The notes below the pieces were generated by a model that saw nothing but the letters and a program-made list of their open reading frames with translations, was not told the origin of the DNA and ran no database searches. From an uncultured archaeon (lineage in GTDB: Archaea > Iainarchaeota > Iainarchaeia > Iainarchaeales > JAAZKV01), in NCBI GenBank assembly GCA_964619405.1, contig CAZUCF010000004.1, positions 4,689-68,688 of the forward strand: a stretch of DNA of 64,000 bases, given 5' to 3'. Shown in pieces: positions 55,355-63,796 of the stretch. Position 1 is the first letter of the stretch, and each line of letters begins with the position of its first letter. Position numbers and translations under genes: made by a program.

Positions 55355-55672
55355 TATTTTTACCCTTTCTTTATCATCTTCGCCAGCATAAAATTCTTTT
55401 AGTGAATTCATGTTATGTTTGTTTAGATCACTAAAGTCATCTGACATATTCAATTTGCCTTCTTTTATAAGTTTTTTTAATAATTCGTTGATTGCCGTTT
55501 TGTTGTAATCGTTTTGTTCTATTGCTTTTGTTACTTTTTTTGTTATTTTTATTGTTTCAATTCTTTTTTTTAAAAATGCCCTAGTTTCTTCCGACCAATT
55601 CACTTCCTTAAATTTGTTCATTTCTTTTTTCATGTCTTTTGGAATAGACAAAGTTAAAGTTACACTATTCAT
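55325..55672 (-). CDS. RHH-type antitoxin-like protein
   Basis: MNSVTLTLSIPKDMKKEMNKFKEVNWSEETRAFLKKRIE has the beta-strand plus two-helix RHH pattern. Its 3' end overlaps the MazF-like frame. Confidence 0.5.
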   Translation of the reverse strand: MNSVTLTLSIPKDMKKEMNKFKEVNWSEETRAFLKKRIETIKITKKVTKAIEQNDYNKTAINELLKKLIKEGKLNMSDDFSDLNKHNMNSLKEFYAGEDDKERVKIMKKNTYKKK

Positions 55673-55735
55673 ACTAAATACACTAATATTAGTGTATTAT
55701 TTTAAATATATGGTTTTTAGAATTGAGTTTAAATA

Positions 55736-55969
55736 TCAAAATATTTTGTCGTGATGATCAAAATCTTTGAATATTATTGTTTCTTTTGTTAGTTTGAAAA
55801 TAAGCACCAAAATTTTGTCTATATTAGCTCTTTTATATTCTTGTAATGGTTTTCTCAAATTTTTAAAATGATTTATTTCGTCATAATTTAAAAGTATTAT
55901 TTGTTCGACTTTTTTTCTTAGTTTTTTTATTCTATCAGACATTTTTTTATTTTCTGTTAAAAATTTCAA
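55736..55969 (-). CDS. Hypothetical small protein
   Basis: 77-aa ORF with no recognised motif. Confidence 0.25.
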   Translation of the reverse strand: MKFLTENKKMSDRIKKLRKKVEQIILLNYDEINHFKNLRKPLQEYKRANIDKILVLIFKLTKETIIFKDFDHHDKIF

Positions 55970-56020
55970 TTATTAGCATAATGCCGCCAGTCAAAATTTT
56001 GAAGATTCTTTTTTCTATTA

Positions 56021-56398
56021 TTAATTTGAAGTTTTTATTTCAATCGCTTTGTATTTTGGCATTGCATAAATGGTTTGTTTTATCTTTTTGAGTGTTATTA
56101 ATTCTAAATTATTCAATTGTTTTACATCTCTACTAATAGCCTCTTTTTTTCTCTTTAATTCCAAAGAAATTTTTGACAATGGCTTAGGATTTTTTTTATC
56201 TTGAAACTCAATTAAATAATTAAACAAATCTAACTTAGACGGAGATAATAACTCATTTAATTGTTTAAAAGAATCAAGATAAATGATGTTTTGTGGATGC
56301 TTTTTTGGATTAATTTTTCCATTCAACAAGTCATCAAAATCTTTTTCAAAATTCCCGCCAACAATAATATACAATTTATCACTCTTCATAATAATCAC
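56021..56398 (-). CDS. HVO_A0114/TumA-like winged-helix protein (putative antitoxin)
   Basis: LYIIVGGNFEKDFDDLL...IIYLDSFKQLNELLSPSKLDLFNYLIE...LSKISLELKRKKEAISRDVKQLNNLELI. The architecture resembles this archaeal DNA-binding family. By-eye assignment. Confidence 0.4.
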   Translation of the reverse strand: MIIMKSDKLYIIVGGNFEKDFDDLLNGKINPKKHPQNIIYLDSFKQLNELLSPSKLDLFNYLIEFQDKKNPKPLSKISLELKRKKEAISRDVKQLNNLELITLKKIKQTIYAMPKYKAIEIKTSN

Positions 56399-56443
56399 TT
56401 AACATATATGTTAATTAACCTAAGTGTTAATAAACCCTTTGTT

Positions 56444-56788
56444 TTAAATTTTGTATTTTCTCCTATATTTTTCCAAATACTCTTTCCAATTATTCAAAAT
56501 ATCTTTTTTGTAGAATTGTATTGAAATTGAATTTATTTCACTAGGAAGACAATTTTTTCCCAGACTATTTAATTCTTCAAAATATTTGTGTACATGACAA
56601 ACTCCGTGTTTTCCATCATACTTTATTACCTCATAAACCTTTTCTTTTTTGTAAAAAATAAGTAATAAACAAAAATCCACGGGCTTTTTTTGATTAACAT
56701 CAAAGTTAATGTCTGATATCAAAAAACATTTTGGGCGAATTCCTAAAACCTTTTTTTTCGGCTTTGTAGAAATGATATATAAAGACAT
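56444..56788 (-). CDS. DUF6516/TumE-like protein (putative toxin)
   Basis: IKYDGKHGVCHVHKYFE resembles the YD...H.H.H core of that family. Lies immediately upstream of the wHTH gene. Confidence 0.35.
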   Translation of the reverse strand: MSLYIISTKPKKKVLGIRPKCFLISDINFDVNQKKPVDFCLLLIFYKKEKVYEVIKYDGKHGVCHVHKYFEELNSLGKNCLPSEINSISIQFYKKDILNNWKEYLEKYRRKYKI

Positions 56789-56812
56789 AAATAGAGGGTT
56801 GCCCCTCTATTT
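56789..56812. repeat. Perfect 10-bp-arm palindrome in a 38-bp divergent intergenic region
   Basis: AAATAGAGGG, TTGC, CCCTCTATTT. It abuts the start codon of 56444..56788 and lies 14 nt from the transposase ATG. Confidence 0.8.
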
Positions 56813-56826
56813 ATTGTGATGTCTTT

Positions 56827-57735
56827 ATGAATGATATATACAATGTTAAATTAAATAGTTTCTATCAATTGGTAGAACAGCTTTGTCAATTTGCTGGTGT
56901 GAAAAACACAAATCATTGGCATTCTAAAAAAATGTATGGCAATATCAAACTAACATATCTCGCTTGCAAAATGCAACAACTACAAGCATCTTACAGAAGA
57001 TTTATAGAAATCATTGAACAAGATGGAACACAACACATGTTGTGTTTGAAATGCATCCCCCACTTCACAACTATACAAAAATTTGTGAAACGAACGCCCA
57101 AACATTTGTTTGAACAAATGGTAAGAGCTTGTCGCAAACTCTTAAAACTAAAAAATGTTGTTGGGGCAATTGATGGAACGGGAGTTTCAAACACGAATCC
57201 AAGCCACCATTATCTTAAACGTTGTAAAGAACAAAACAACGAAATAAGCGTGAAAAACTATACAAAAACCATATTTCTCGCAGACATAAATAACAACATT
57301 ATTTTGGATGTTAGAACAACATCAAAACATGAACATGAAACAACGGCATTCAAACCCATGGTCAAACGTTTACAAAAGTGTTTGAAAACAGTGTTAGCAG
57401 ACAAAGGTTATGACTCGATGTCAAACAGAAAAATATGTTGGAATAATGGAATTGATGTTCACATTCCATTTCGAAAATGGAGCGAATCAAGACATCAAGA
57501 GTTTGGAACACCATCTAAAAGAAAAATGGCTGAAAAAAAGTTTGACAAAACTGTTTATAACCAGCGTGCGTTGATTGAATCTGTAAATTCTGCGTTCAAA
57601 CAAACCCTTGGTGGGTTTGTTAGGGCTCGCAGTGCGAGCCAACAACAAAAAAGTGTTGTGTTAAAAACAATAACTTATAACATTGAACACATACAAAGAA
57701 AAATAAGAATAATGTTATTCCTAGAATTCCAATAG
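56827..57735 (+). mobile_element. IS4/IS5-family DDE transposase gene (IS boundaries not identified)
   Basis: IDGTGVS, VLADKGYDS and NQRALIESVNSAFKQ give D, D, E spacing typical of DDE_Tnp_1. The gene looks GC-richer than its neighbours. Confidence 0.7.
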
Positions 57736-57758
57736 GAATTCTACACCGCCTTTTTTTT
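57722..57758 (+). terminator. Hairpin over the transposase stop codon followed by T8
   Basis: TAGAATTCC, AATA, GGAATTCTA, then CACCGCC and TTTTTTTT. Confidence 0.5.
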
Positions 57759-57848
57759 CTTAAACTTTATTATGGTTAATTTATTCATTTAAAAAAGAAT
57801 TTTTTTATTATTTTTAAATGCTTCTGGAGTTTCATGCCGGTGTTATAT

Positions 57849-58823
57849 TTAAAAAAAGAAATAAATCCCAAGAACACTAATACAAATTATCCCTTGTATT
57901 AAAAGTATTGTTGTTGTCAATTGCCATTCTTTCATTGGTTTTAATTTTAATATTAAATGTGTTATTGAACCGCCTTTTGGATTGGCTGATAAAATTCCTT
58001 TTTTGTTTGGGATACCAAAACACTCTGACTTCATTTTGTGCTTTGCTTTTATCAAAAATTCTATGAAAAATAATGCGAATAATAATGCGCCTATTGTTTG
58101 CATGTTCCCAAGAATACTCATTACTGCTAAATTAGCGCCAACCATTAATGTTAAAGAATCTCCACCAAAAATCTTTGCCGGAAACCAATTGTATTTCAAG
58201 AAACCTATTAAAGCACCAATCATTGCTATTCCGAGTATCATTGATGTTGTTTGTCCAGTAATAAAAGCGATTATTGTTAATGTTCCTGTTAAAATAATTC
58301 CTTGCCCTGCTTCCAAACCATTGAAACCAGCGAGCATGTTGAAAGCATTGCTAGCACCAGTAATCGCAATAGGAATTATTATTAGGGAATAAAATATTCC
58401 AAAATCAGTTAAACCAATAAAAGGAACAAACATTGTTGTTTTACCAATACTAATAGCCATTAATGGTAGAGCAGCTAGTATTGGAAACAAAGCGTGTTGC
58501 CATTGTCTTATTCCTTTCTTCCAACCAATAATATCATCAATAAAACCAACAAAAACAATTATTGCTATAGTAGAAAAACCAGCTAACAAGAAATCTAATT
58601 TTAATTCAAAAGCATTTAGGTATGTTGCCAAAAAAATTGCGCTGAAAACACCTAAAGTAAAACCAATGAAAACTATTACTCCGCCTAACTCAGCAACATT
58701 AGGCTTGCTAAATTTGTTCATGTCTTTTCCTAAAAAGTCTTGAGCATGCATCCTCCTAATAAAAGAGGGCAACAAAAAAATTGTTAGAATAAAAGCAATT
58801 ACCATTGGAACAAAATGAAACAT
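57849..58823 (-). CDS. aglH: Dolichyl/polyprenyl-phosphate GlcNAc-1-phosphate transferase (MraY/WecA/AglH family)
   Basis: FIDDIIGWKKG and NAFNMLAGFNGLEAG, with about 10 TM segments. Confidence 0.8.
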   Translation of the reverse strand: MFHFVPMVIAFILTIFLLPSFIRRMHAQDFLGKDMNKFSKPNVAELGGVIVFIGFTLGVFSAIFLATYLNAFELKLDFLLAGFSTIAIIVFVGFIDDIIGWKKGIRQWQHALFPILAALPLMAISIGKTTMFVPFIGLTDFGIFYSLIIIPIAITGASNAFNMLAGFNGLEAGQGIILTGTLTIIAFITGQTTSMILGIAMIGALIGFLKYNWFPAKIFGGDSLTLMVGANLAVMSILGNMQTIGALLFALFFIEFLIKAKHKMKSECFGIPNKKGILSANPKGGSITHLILKLKPMKEWQLTTTILLIQGIICISVLGIYFFF

Positions 58824-58991
58824 GATATAATTAAGCTATTTTTAATTTATAAATATTGTTTTTAGAATATTTTAAACTAATTAATTATTTACTAATTTTT
58901 TTTGAGTTTAACTATTAATTTGTAATTGTTTTTTTTGTATTAATTTGCTTTTAATTTAAGTTAATTTTTTTCTAACTATTTTTTATCAAAA

Positions 58992-61121
58992 TTATTTAAC
59001 TCTGAATATTTTCATTCCATTGTAAGCAAAAACTTCTTCGTAAAATTGTTTTGTTTCCTCTGAATTAAAATAAACTTTTGCTAGATTAGTATTATTATAA
59101 GTTGGTCCCAAAATAATTAACTCGTTTCTATCAGCGTAATAATATACTGGTGTTTGCCCATTATAAAAATCGCTTGGAGTATTCTTCCAATTAGGATTCA
59201 TTGCATTGAATTGTTCTATTGGAACCAAATTTCCTTGGCAATTCATTCCTTGTTCTGTTTTATAACAACTAATTATTCTTGAATCAAAATCATAGTATTT
59301 TCTACCAAGCTCAGAATCAACTTTCTCGTGAAAATAGAATTCAAATGTTGGGCCAGAATTAAAACTACTTGAAGTCAAAAAAATATAATCTGCTCCAATA
59401 TCTTCTTTTGCTATTTGATAACCTCTATTAACATCATTAGTAATGTTGAATTCAGCATAAGCCCTGTTACCAAAACCAGATTCATTCCTATTATCAACAG
59501 AGAATTTTCTTTCAGTTACAAATGCTAGTTGGTGTCCGTCACCCCACCAATTAAAAAATTTCGCGTTCTCATCAGTATTCTCTTTAATCCAATCCATTGT
59601 TTCAATCCAATAAGGACTAGAATTTGCGAATGGGGAAAATTGTGTTAGATACATGTCAGAACCACTCAATCCAATAACAAGTAAGAAACCAAAAACAATC
59701 ATTATTGTTTTTCCTTCTATACCTTTTAGATCGTATTTTTTTAGTAACTCAAATATTATGTAACAAGTTATTGCTGCTCCTGCAACCAAACCCAAACCAA
59801 AAAAGAAAGTGAATTTTAATTTGTACCAAGCCATGAAAAAAGTTATTATCGTCCAAAACCATAATAGTATTTGTGTGTGCGAATCATCTTTTTTGAAAAA
59901 GTAGAGTGTTATTGGAAACAAAAATATTGCTATTATTGGGAAAATTATTAGAGAATTATATTTTATTGAGAAAGAAGAGTTTCCTAAGCTCTCTTCTCCA
60001 ACCATTGAACCGATTCCTTGTCTACCTGTTCCTGAATAAAAAAAATCTGGTTCAACGAAAAAAACCATTAGCATTGCTATTAAACCCAAATAAAGAATTG
60101 CTATTGCTATAATAGGGGCTAATTGTTTAATATCTTTTTTTGAATTATATAAAAAGAAACAAAATCCAACAAAAGCAATTATTATAATTGATATTATTAA
60201 TAAAACAAGTTCAACATTTAACCTTGAAACCTGTGCAATGCTACCAGCTAACGACAAAAACCATACACTAGTATAACCAGTTGAAAAAAAACTATATGTT
60301 GTTGAAACCAAAGTGTATACTCCAAGAGAAACAATTATTTTTACTAAAAAATTAAATGGTTCTGACTTAATAATTTTTTCTTTTGTTTTAGTATTATTAC
60401 CACTAATATACAATAACATCACTATCGCAGAAGGAATTAATATTAATGGTATCAAAACATTTGCTCTCCAAGTAATCGCCATTAAACCAAAAAATATTCC
60501 GGCTAAACCAGAATTAATCAATTCTTTTTTATCCAATGACTTTGTTTTTATTGCTCTTATTAGAAAAACAAATCCTATTACCATCCAAACAAAACCCAAC
60601 GAATCATTTCCTTCGGCACCAGCCATTGTTCTGTAAGCAAAAGCAGGGGTTATTGCTGCGAGGAAAGCTGTTATTAAACCAACTTTTTTACTATTAAAAA
60701 TTTCTTTTGCCAAGAAATACATGCTCACACTTATTATTGCTCCAAATAATATTGGTGCTATTTGAACTGCTAGGGCAACAAGTTCCTTATTATAAAAGCC
60801 GAGTGATAAAACAAAGTAAAAGAATGACATTATGTAATGTTGTAATTCAATTGTTGTGTGAGGAACTCCTCCTTCAACAAAATAATATACATTAGGATCA
60901 ATCTCATTAACATAACCTTGTGTTACTAACTCTTGTGTTATTCTCGCGTGATAATAAGCATCTGGTTCAAACAAATAGTTTCCTTCAAACCTAACAATAT
61001 TACTCCTAATTGACATTGCTAAAAAGAATATTATTATTAAAGCGAAGATTATTTTTCGGTTAACCCAAATTTTCTTTTTGATTTCTTCAACACTCATATT
61101 ATCACAAGATACATATTTCAA
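58992..61121 (-). CDS. aglB: Archaeal oligosaccharyltransferase AglB (STT3 family)
   Basis: N-terminal loop FEPDAYYHARIT, 13 or so TM segments, then a soluble domain with NWWGDGHQLAF at the position of the WWDYG motif. Confidence 0.8.
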   Translation of the reverse strand: MKYVSCDNMSVEEIKKKIWVNRKIIFALIIIFFLAMSIRSNIVRFEGNYLFEPDAYYHARITQELVTQGYVNEIDPNVYYFVEGGVPHTTIELQHYIMSFFYFVLSLGFYNKELVALAVQIAPILFGAIISVSMYFLAKEIFNSKKVGLITAFLAAITPAFAYRTMAGAEGNDSLGFVWMVIGFVFLIRAIKTKSLDKKELINSGLAGIFFGLMAITWRANVLIPLILIPSAIVMLLYISGNNTKTKEKIIKSEPFNFLVKIIVSLGVYTLVSTTYSFFSTGYTSVWFLSLAGSIAQVSRLNVELVLLIISIIIIAFVGFCFFLYNSKKDIKQLAPIIAIAILYLGLIAMLMVFFVEPDFFYSGTGRQGIGSMVGEESLGNSSFSIKYNSLIIFPIIAIFLFPITLYFFKKDDSHTQILLWFWTIITFFMAWYKLKFTFFFGLGLVAGAAITCYIIFELLKKYDLKGIEGKTIMIVFGFLLVIGLSGSDMYLTQFSPFANSSPYWIETMDWIKENTDENAKFFNWWGDGHQLAFVTERKFSVDNRNESGFGNRAYAEFNITNDVNRGYQIAKEDIGADYIFLTSSSFNSGPTFEFYFHEKVDSELGRKYYDFDSRIISCYKTEQGMNCQGNLVPIEQFNAMNPNWKNTPSDFYNGQTPVYYYADRNELIILGPTYNNTNLAKVYFNSEETKQFYEEVFAYNGMKIFRVK

Positions 61122-61258
61122 TTACACAACTATTAAAAATACTAATTACTCAACTTAAAAACAAAAAAACTATTTTTTGTTTTCTTAATAAATTTTTTTT
61201 GACAATTGCCTTTAATAATTATTTTTTTATTATTCAGCTTGCTTTCAATGAAATAAAT

Positions 61259-61471
61259 TTATTCTTCTATTTTAATGCATTGTACTGGGCAAGCATTTGC
61301 TGCGTCCTTACTATTACCAGCATTTTCAACGCTTTTCTCATAAATACCATTTTTTAGTTCAGCGTTTTTTAGTATTGCTTTGTCACCAGTCATCTCCCAA
61401 TTCTCTGGGTCAATTGCTGCACAAGCACCACAACCAATACACTCATCATGTTTTTGAATTATTTTAACCAT
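61259..61471 (-). CDS. Small single-cluster 4Fe-4S ferredoxin
   Basis: GGTGAT Shine-Dalgarno 4 nt before ATG 61471. Sequence MVKIIQKHDECIGCGACAAIDP...ACPVQCIKIEE. The longer ORF-track start at 61561 adds a hydrophobic, probably untranslated extension. Confidence 0.7.
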   Translation of the reverse strand: MVKIIQKHDECIGCGACAAIDPENWEMTGDKAILKNAELKNGIYEKSVENAGNSKDAANACPVQCIKIEE

Positions 61472-61556
61472 TGTTATCACCCAAAAAAGAAGGATTGTTT
61501 TGTTTAAAAATATAACCATTGCAAAAAAATTTTCAAAAAATAAAAAACTATTAACT

Positions 61557-61607
61557 TGCAAACAAAAAAAGATTATTAATTTGAAAACAAAAAAAGATTA
61601 TTAATTT
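61557..61607. repeat. 25-bp tandem duplication upstream of the ferredoxin gene
   Basis: AACAAAAAAAGATTATTAATTT occurs at 61561-61582 and 61586-61607. Confidence 0.8.
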
Positions 61608-61684
61608 AAAACAACAAATTAGAACTTTTTTTGTAGTTTTGAAATTATATTTTTTTGGTTAATATTTATTTTGTTAATTAGCGT

Positions 61685-61969
61685 CTATTTTTCGTGTTCT
61701 ATTTCTTTTGCAAGCATTGTTCCTAAAAAATAATTCCATAACGCATTCAATGTTATGATTATTGGTTGTAAAAGGTTTTCTTTTCCATTAGTATTCAAAA
61801 TTATTGTTGCTGGATTCAAAACAAAGTTGATGAATTCTTGCAAAATCATTGTTGGGATAACAGGCATGATTAAATAAACATATAATTGTGCTATAAAAAA
61901 AACTAGGAAAAACCATTTTATTTTCTTCCAACTTGGTTCAAAAAATTTTTTGAAATTCATTTTCTTCAC
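61685..61969 (-). CDS. Small membrane protein, hypothetical
   Basis: 94 aa with two to three hydrophobic helices. Confidence 0.35.
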   Translation of the reverse strand: MKKMNFKKFFEPSWKKIKWFFLVFFIAQLYVYLIMPVIPTMILQEFINFVLNPATIILNTNGKENLLQPIIITLNALWNYFLGTMLAKEIEHEK

Positions 61970-62010
61970 TCAAATTATAATACTCTTTTCTTTTATTAAA
62001 TACTTGTTTT

Positions 62011-62913
62011 TTAATCAACATTCACAAAACAACCAACACTTCCCCTCATTGTTAAATTCGCTTTAATTCCTTTAGGAGTCACAAATACTTTTACACCATT
62101 TTTTCTTAGTAATTCAATCGTTTGTTTTGCTTGAGAATTTATTATTACTTCTCCTTTGCCTAATTGTAACAAATTTGCTGGATAAAAATATTTTTCTTTT
62201 TCAGGAACAATTATTATTTTAAAACCAATTTGGTTTGAAATGCTTCTAATACTTTTCTCATTTGATTTCAAATAATCAGGGTCAACCAACATTAATTTTT
62301 TTTCAGGAATAGAATTTATGAATGTGTCTAAGTGATCAAATTTTTCTCGCTTCAAACTTGCTTTTCCTTTTTGCCCGTACGGGCTAAACCAATGACCGGG
62401 TAATTCAAACACATTGTACCCTCGTCTTCTTAGCATTTCAAATTCTTCTCTAATTAATTGCGGGGTTTGTCTTGTAAAAGTTTCTTTTAAAGAATTTGAT
62501 ATAATAAGTGTTGGTTTTCCATTTATTTTTCCTAAATTAATTACTCGCCCACCCTCACCAAAGTATCTTTGTAATTCTGGTTTTACTCTTGCCCCCAAAT
62601 CAATTGAAAAATCCTTGTTATAAAATCTTTTATCTAATCTGGTAAAAGCATCTCTTTGCCAATTGTTTTCAAAAGGACTATTTTTATTTATCCTTAATAC
62701 TCTAACAGTTCTACCAAGTTTGTTTGCTTCTTGAACAAAAAGATTTGTATTACTAGCTTCTTTTGGAACAACAACTATAACTTTTTTCCCCATTGAAGCT
62801 AATTGTTTTATTACATGTAATCTTTCTTTATTTGCGATTTGAATAATTCTTCTTCTTTTCTGAGAAGCATTTTTTATGAAAGAAGTTACAAAAGTTTTTT
62901 TGCGTGGTCTCAT
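62011..62913 (-). CDS. Hypothetical protein, possibly of the guanidino-group-modifying (amidinotransferase/deiminase) fold
   Basis: NWQRDAF, FGEGGRV, FDHLDTF and the C-terminal RGSVGCFVNVD resemble the W.RD / H.D / GxxxC catalytic layout. Weak. Confidence 0.3.
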   Translation of the reverse strand: MRPRKKTFVTSFIKNASQKRRRIIQIANKERLHVIKQLASMGKKVIVVVPKEASNTNLFVQEANKLGRTVRVLRINKNSPFENNWQRDAFTRLDKRFYNKDFSIDLGARVKPELQRYFGEGGRVINLGKINGKPTLIISNSLKETFTRQTPQLIREEFEMLRRRGYNVFELPGHWFSPYGQKGKASLKREKFDHLDTFINSIPEKKLMLVDPDYLKSNEKSIRSISNQIGFKIIIVPEKEKYFYPANLLQLGKGEVIINSQAKQTIELLRKNGVKVFVTPKGIKANLTMRGSVGCFVNVD

Positions 62914-62981
62914 AAGTAAGTATAGTTTGCTTTAAAATAAAAATTGTTGTTTTTTAATACAAAAAAGTTTTTTACAAAAAG

Positions 62982-63098
62982 TGAGGCAGCGTTCGACAGG
63001 TTCCACTACAGAGAGCAGTACCAAAGTCACTCCCAGCGAGACTTAACTTCCGGGTTCGGAATGGGTCCGGGTGTTTCCCTCGCGGCATGACCGCCTCA
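62982..63098 (-). rRNA. 5S rRNA (about 117 nt), not linked to 16S/23S in this window
   Basis: The - strand reads UGAGGCGGUCAUGCCGCGAGGGAAACACCCGGACCCAUUCCGAACCCGGAAGUUAAGUCUCGCUGGGAGUGAC...GCUGCCUCA. It has the conserved CCGAACCCGGAAGUUAAG core, and the termini pair as helix I. Confidence 0.9.
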
Positions 63099-63217
63099 TA
63101 ATTATTCCGTGTGTGAGTATTTAAAAAGGTTTCTTTTTCAAAAAAATCCTCTAATTTTTCATTCAATTTTATTATTAAAAAATAGTTTTTGGCCTATTAT
63201 AGGCCAAAATAAAAAAT

Positions 63218-63796
63218 TTACTTCTTTTTAACTTTTTTTTGTTTTACTTCTTTTTTTGCACTTGTTTTTGCTATAACCATTGCTTCAACAATTTTTAACC
63301 CTTTTTTTAGGTGTGCTTCTTTTTTTGCTCCAGCACAAATCATTTTACCATTCTTGAATAACAAAAAAGTTAATTTTGGTTCGTCTAATCTTAGTATTGC
63401 TCCTGGGAATTGTTCTGGTTCGTATTCAACATTATCTAAGTTCATTGCTACTTCAAATAAATCAAGATTCATGTCTAATGAAGCTGTTGCAACAAAATTA
63501 ACTATTTCAAATTCAACATTTCGTTTTACTTTTACATCTGGTTGAACATCGTGAATCATTTTGTTTGCTTTTCTTATTCCTTGTTCTATTTGTTTCTCGC
63601 TACTTGCTCCTGAACAAATGATTTTCCCATTCTTGAACAAAAGCATTGATACTTTTGGTTCCTTTATTTTTAGTATTGCTCCTGGGAATTGTTCTGGCTC
63701 GTACTCAATATTTGGAATACCAACCGCAAGAGAATAAAGATCAAGCATTTGGTCAATAGAAGCAGCTGCTACCATGTTAACAACATTATATTTCAA
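63218..63796 (-). CDS. tbp: TATA-box binding protein
   Basis: Two direct repeats, each containing EYEPEQFPGAIL...LLFKNGK(I/M)ICSGA. TTG start preceded by GGGGTG Shine-Dalgarno. Lys-rich C-terminal tail. Confidence 0.9.
   Translation of the reverse strand: MKYNVVNMVAAASIDQMLDLYSLAVGIPNIEYEPEQFPGAILKIKEPKVSMLLFKNGKIICSGASSEKQIEQGIRKANKMIHDVQPDVKVKRNVEFEIVNFVATASLDMNLDLFEVAMNLDNVEYEPEQFPGAILRLDEPKLTFLLFKNGKMICAGAKKEAHLKKGLKIVEAMVIAKTSAKKEVKQKKVKKK

Noticed and set aside
56789-57743. Hairpins at both flanks of the transposase gene considered as IS terminal inverted repeats (or IS200/IS605-type ends)
   Set aside because: Each is self-complementary and they are not complementary to each other. 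The transposase is DDE type, not HUH. The right hairpin with T8 looks like a terminator.
62972-63166. 64-aa ORF (MNEKLEDFF...)
   Set aside because: Its GC-rich core is the 5S rRNA gene (conserved CCGAACCCGGAAGUUAAG). The ORF is an artefact.
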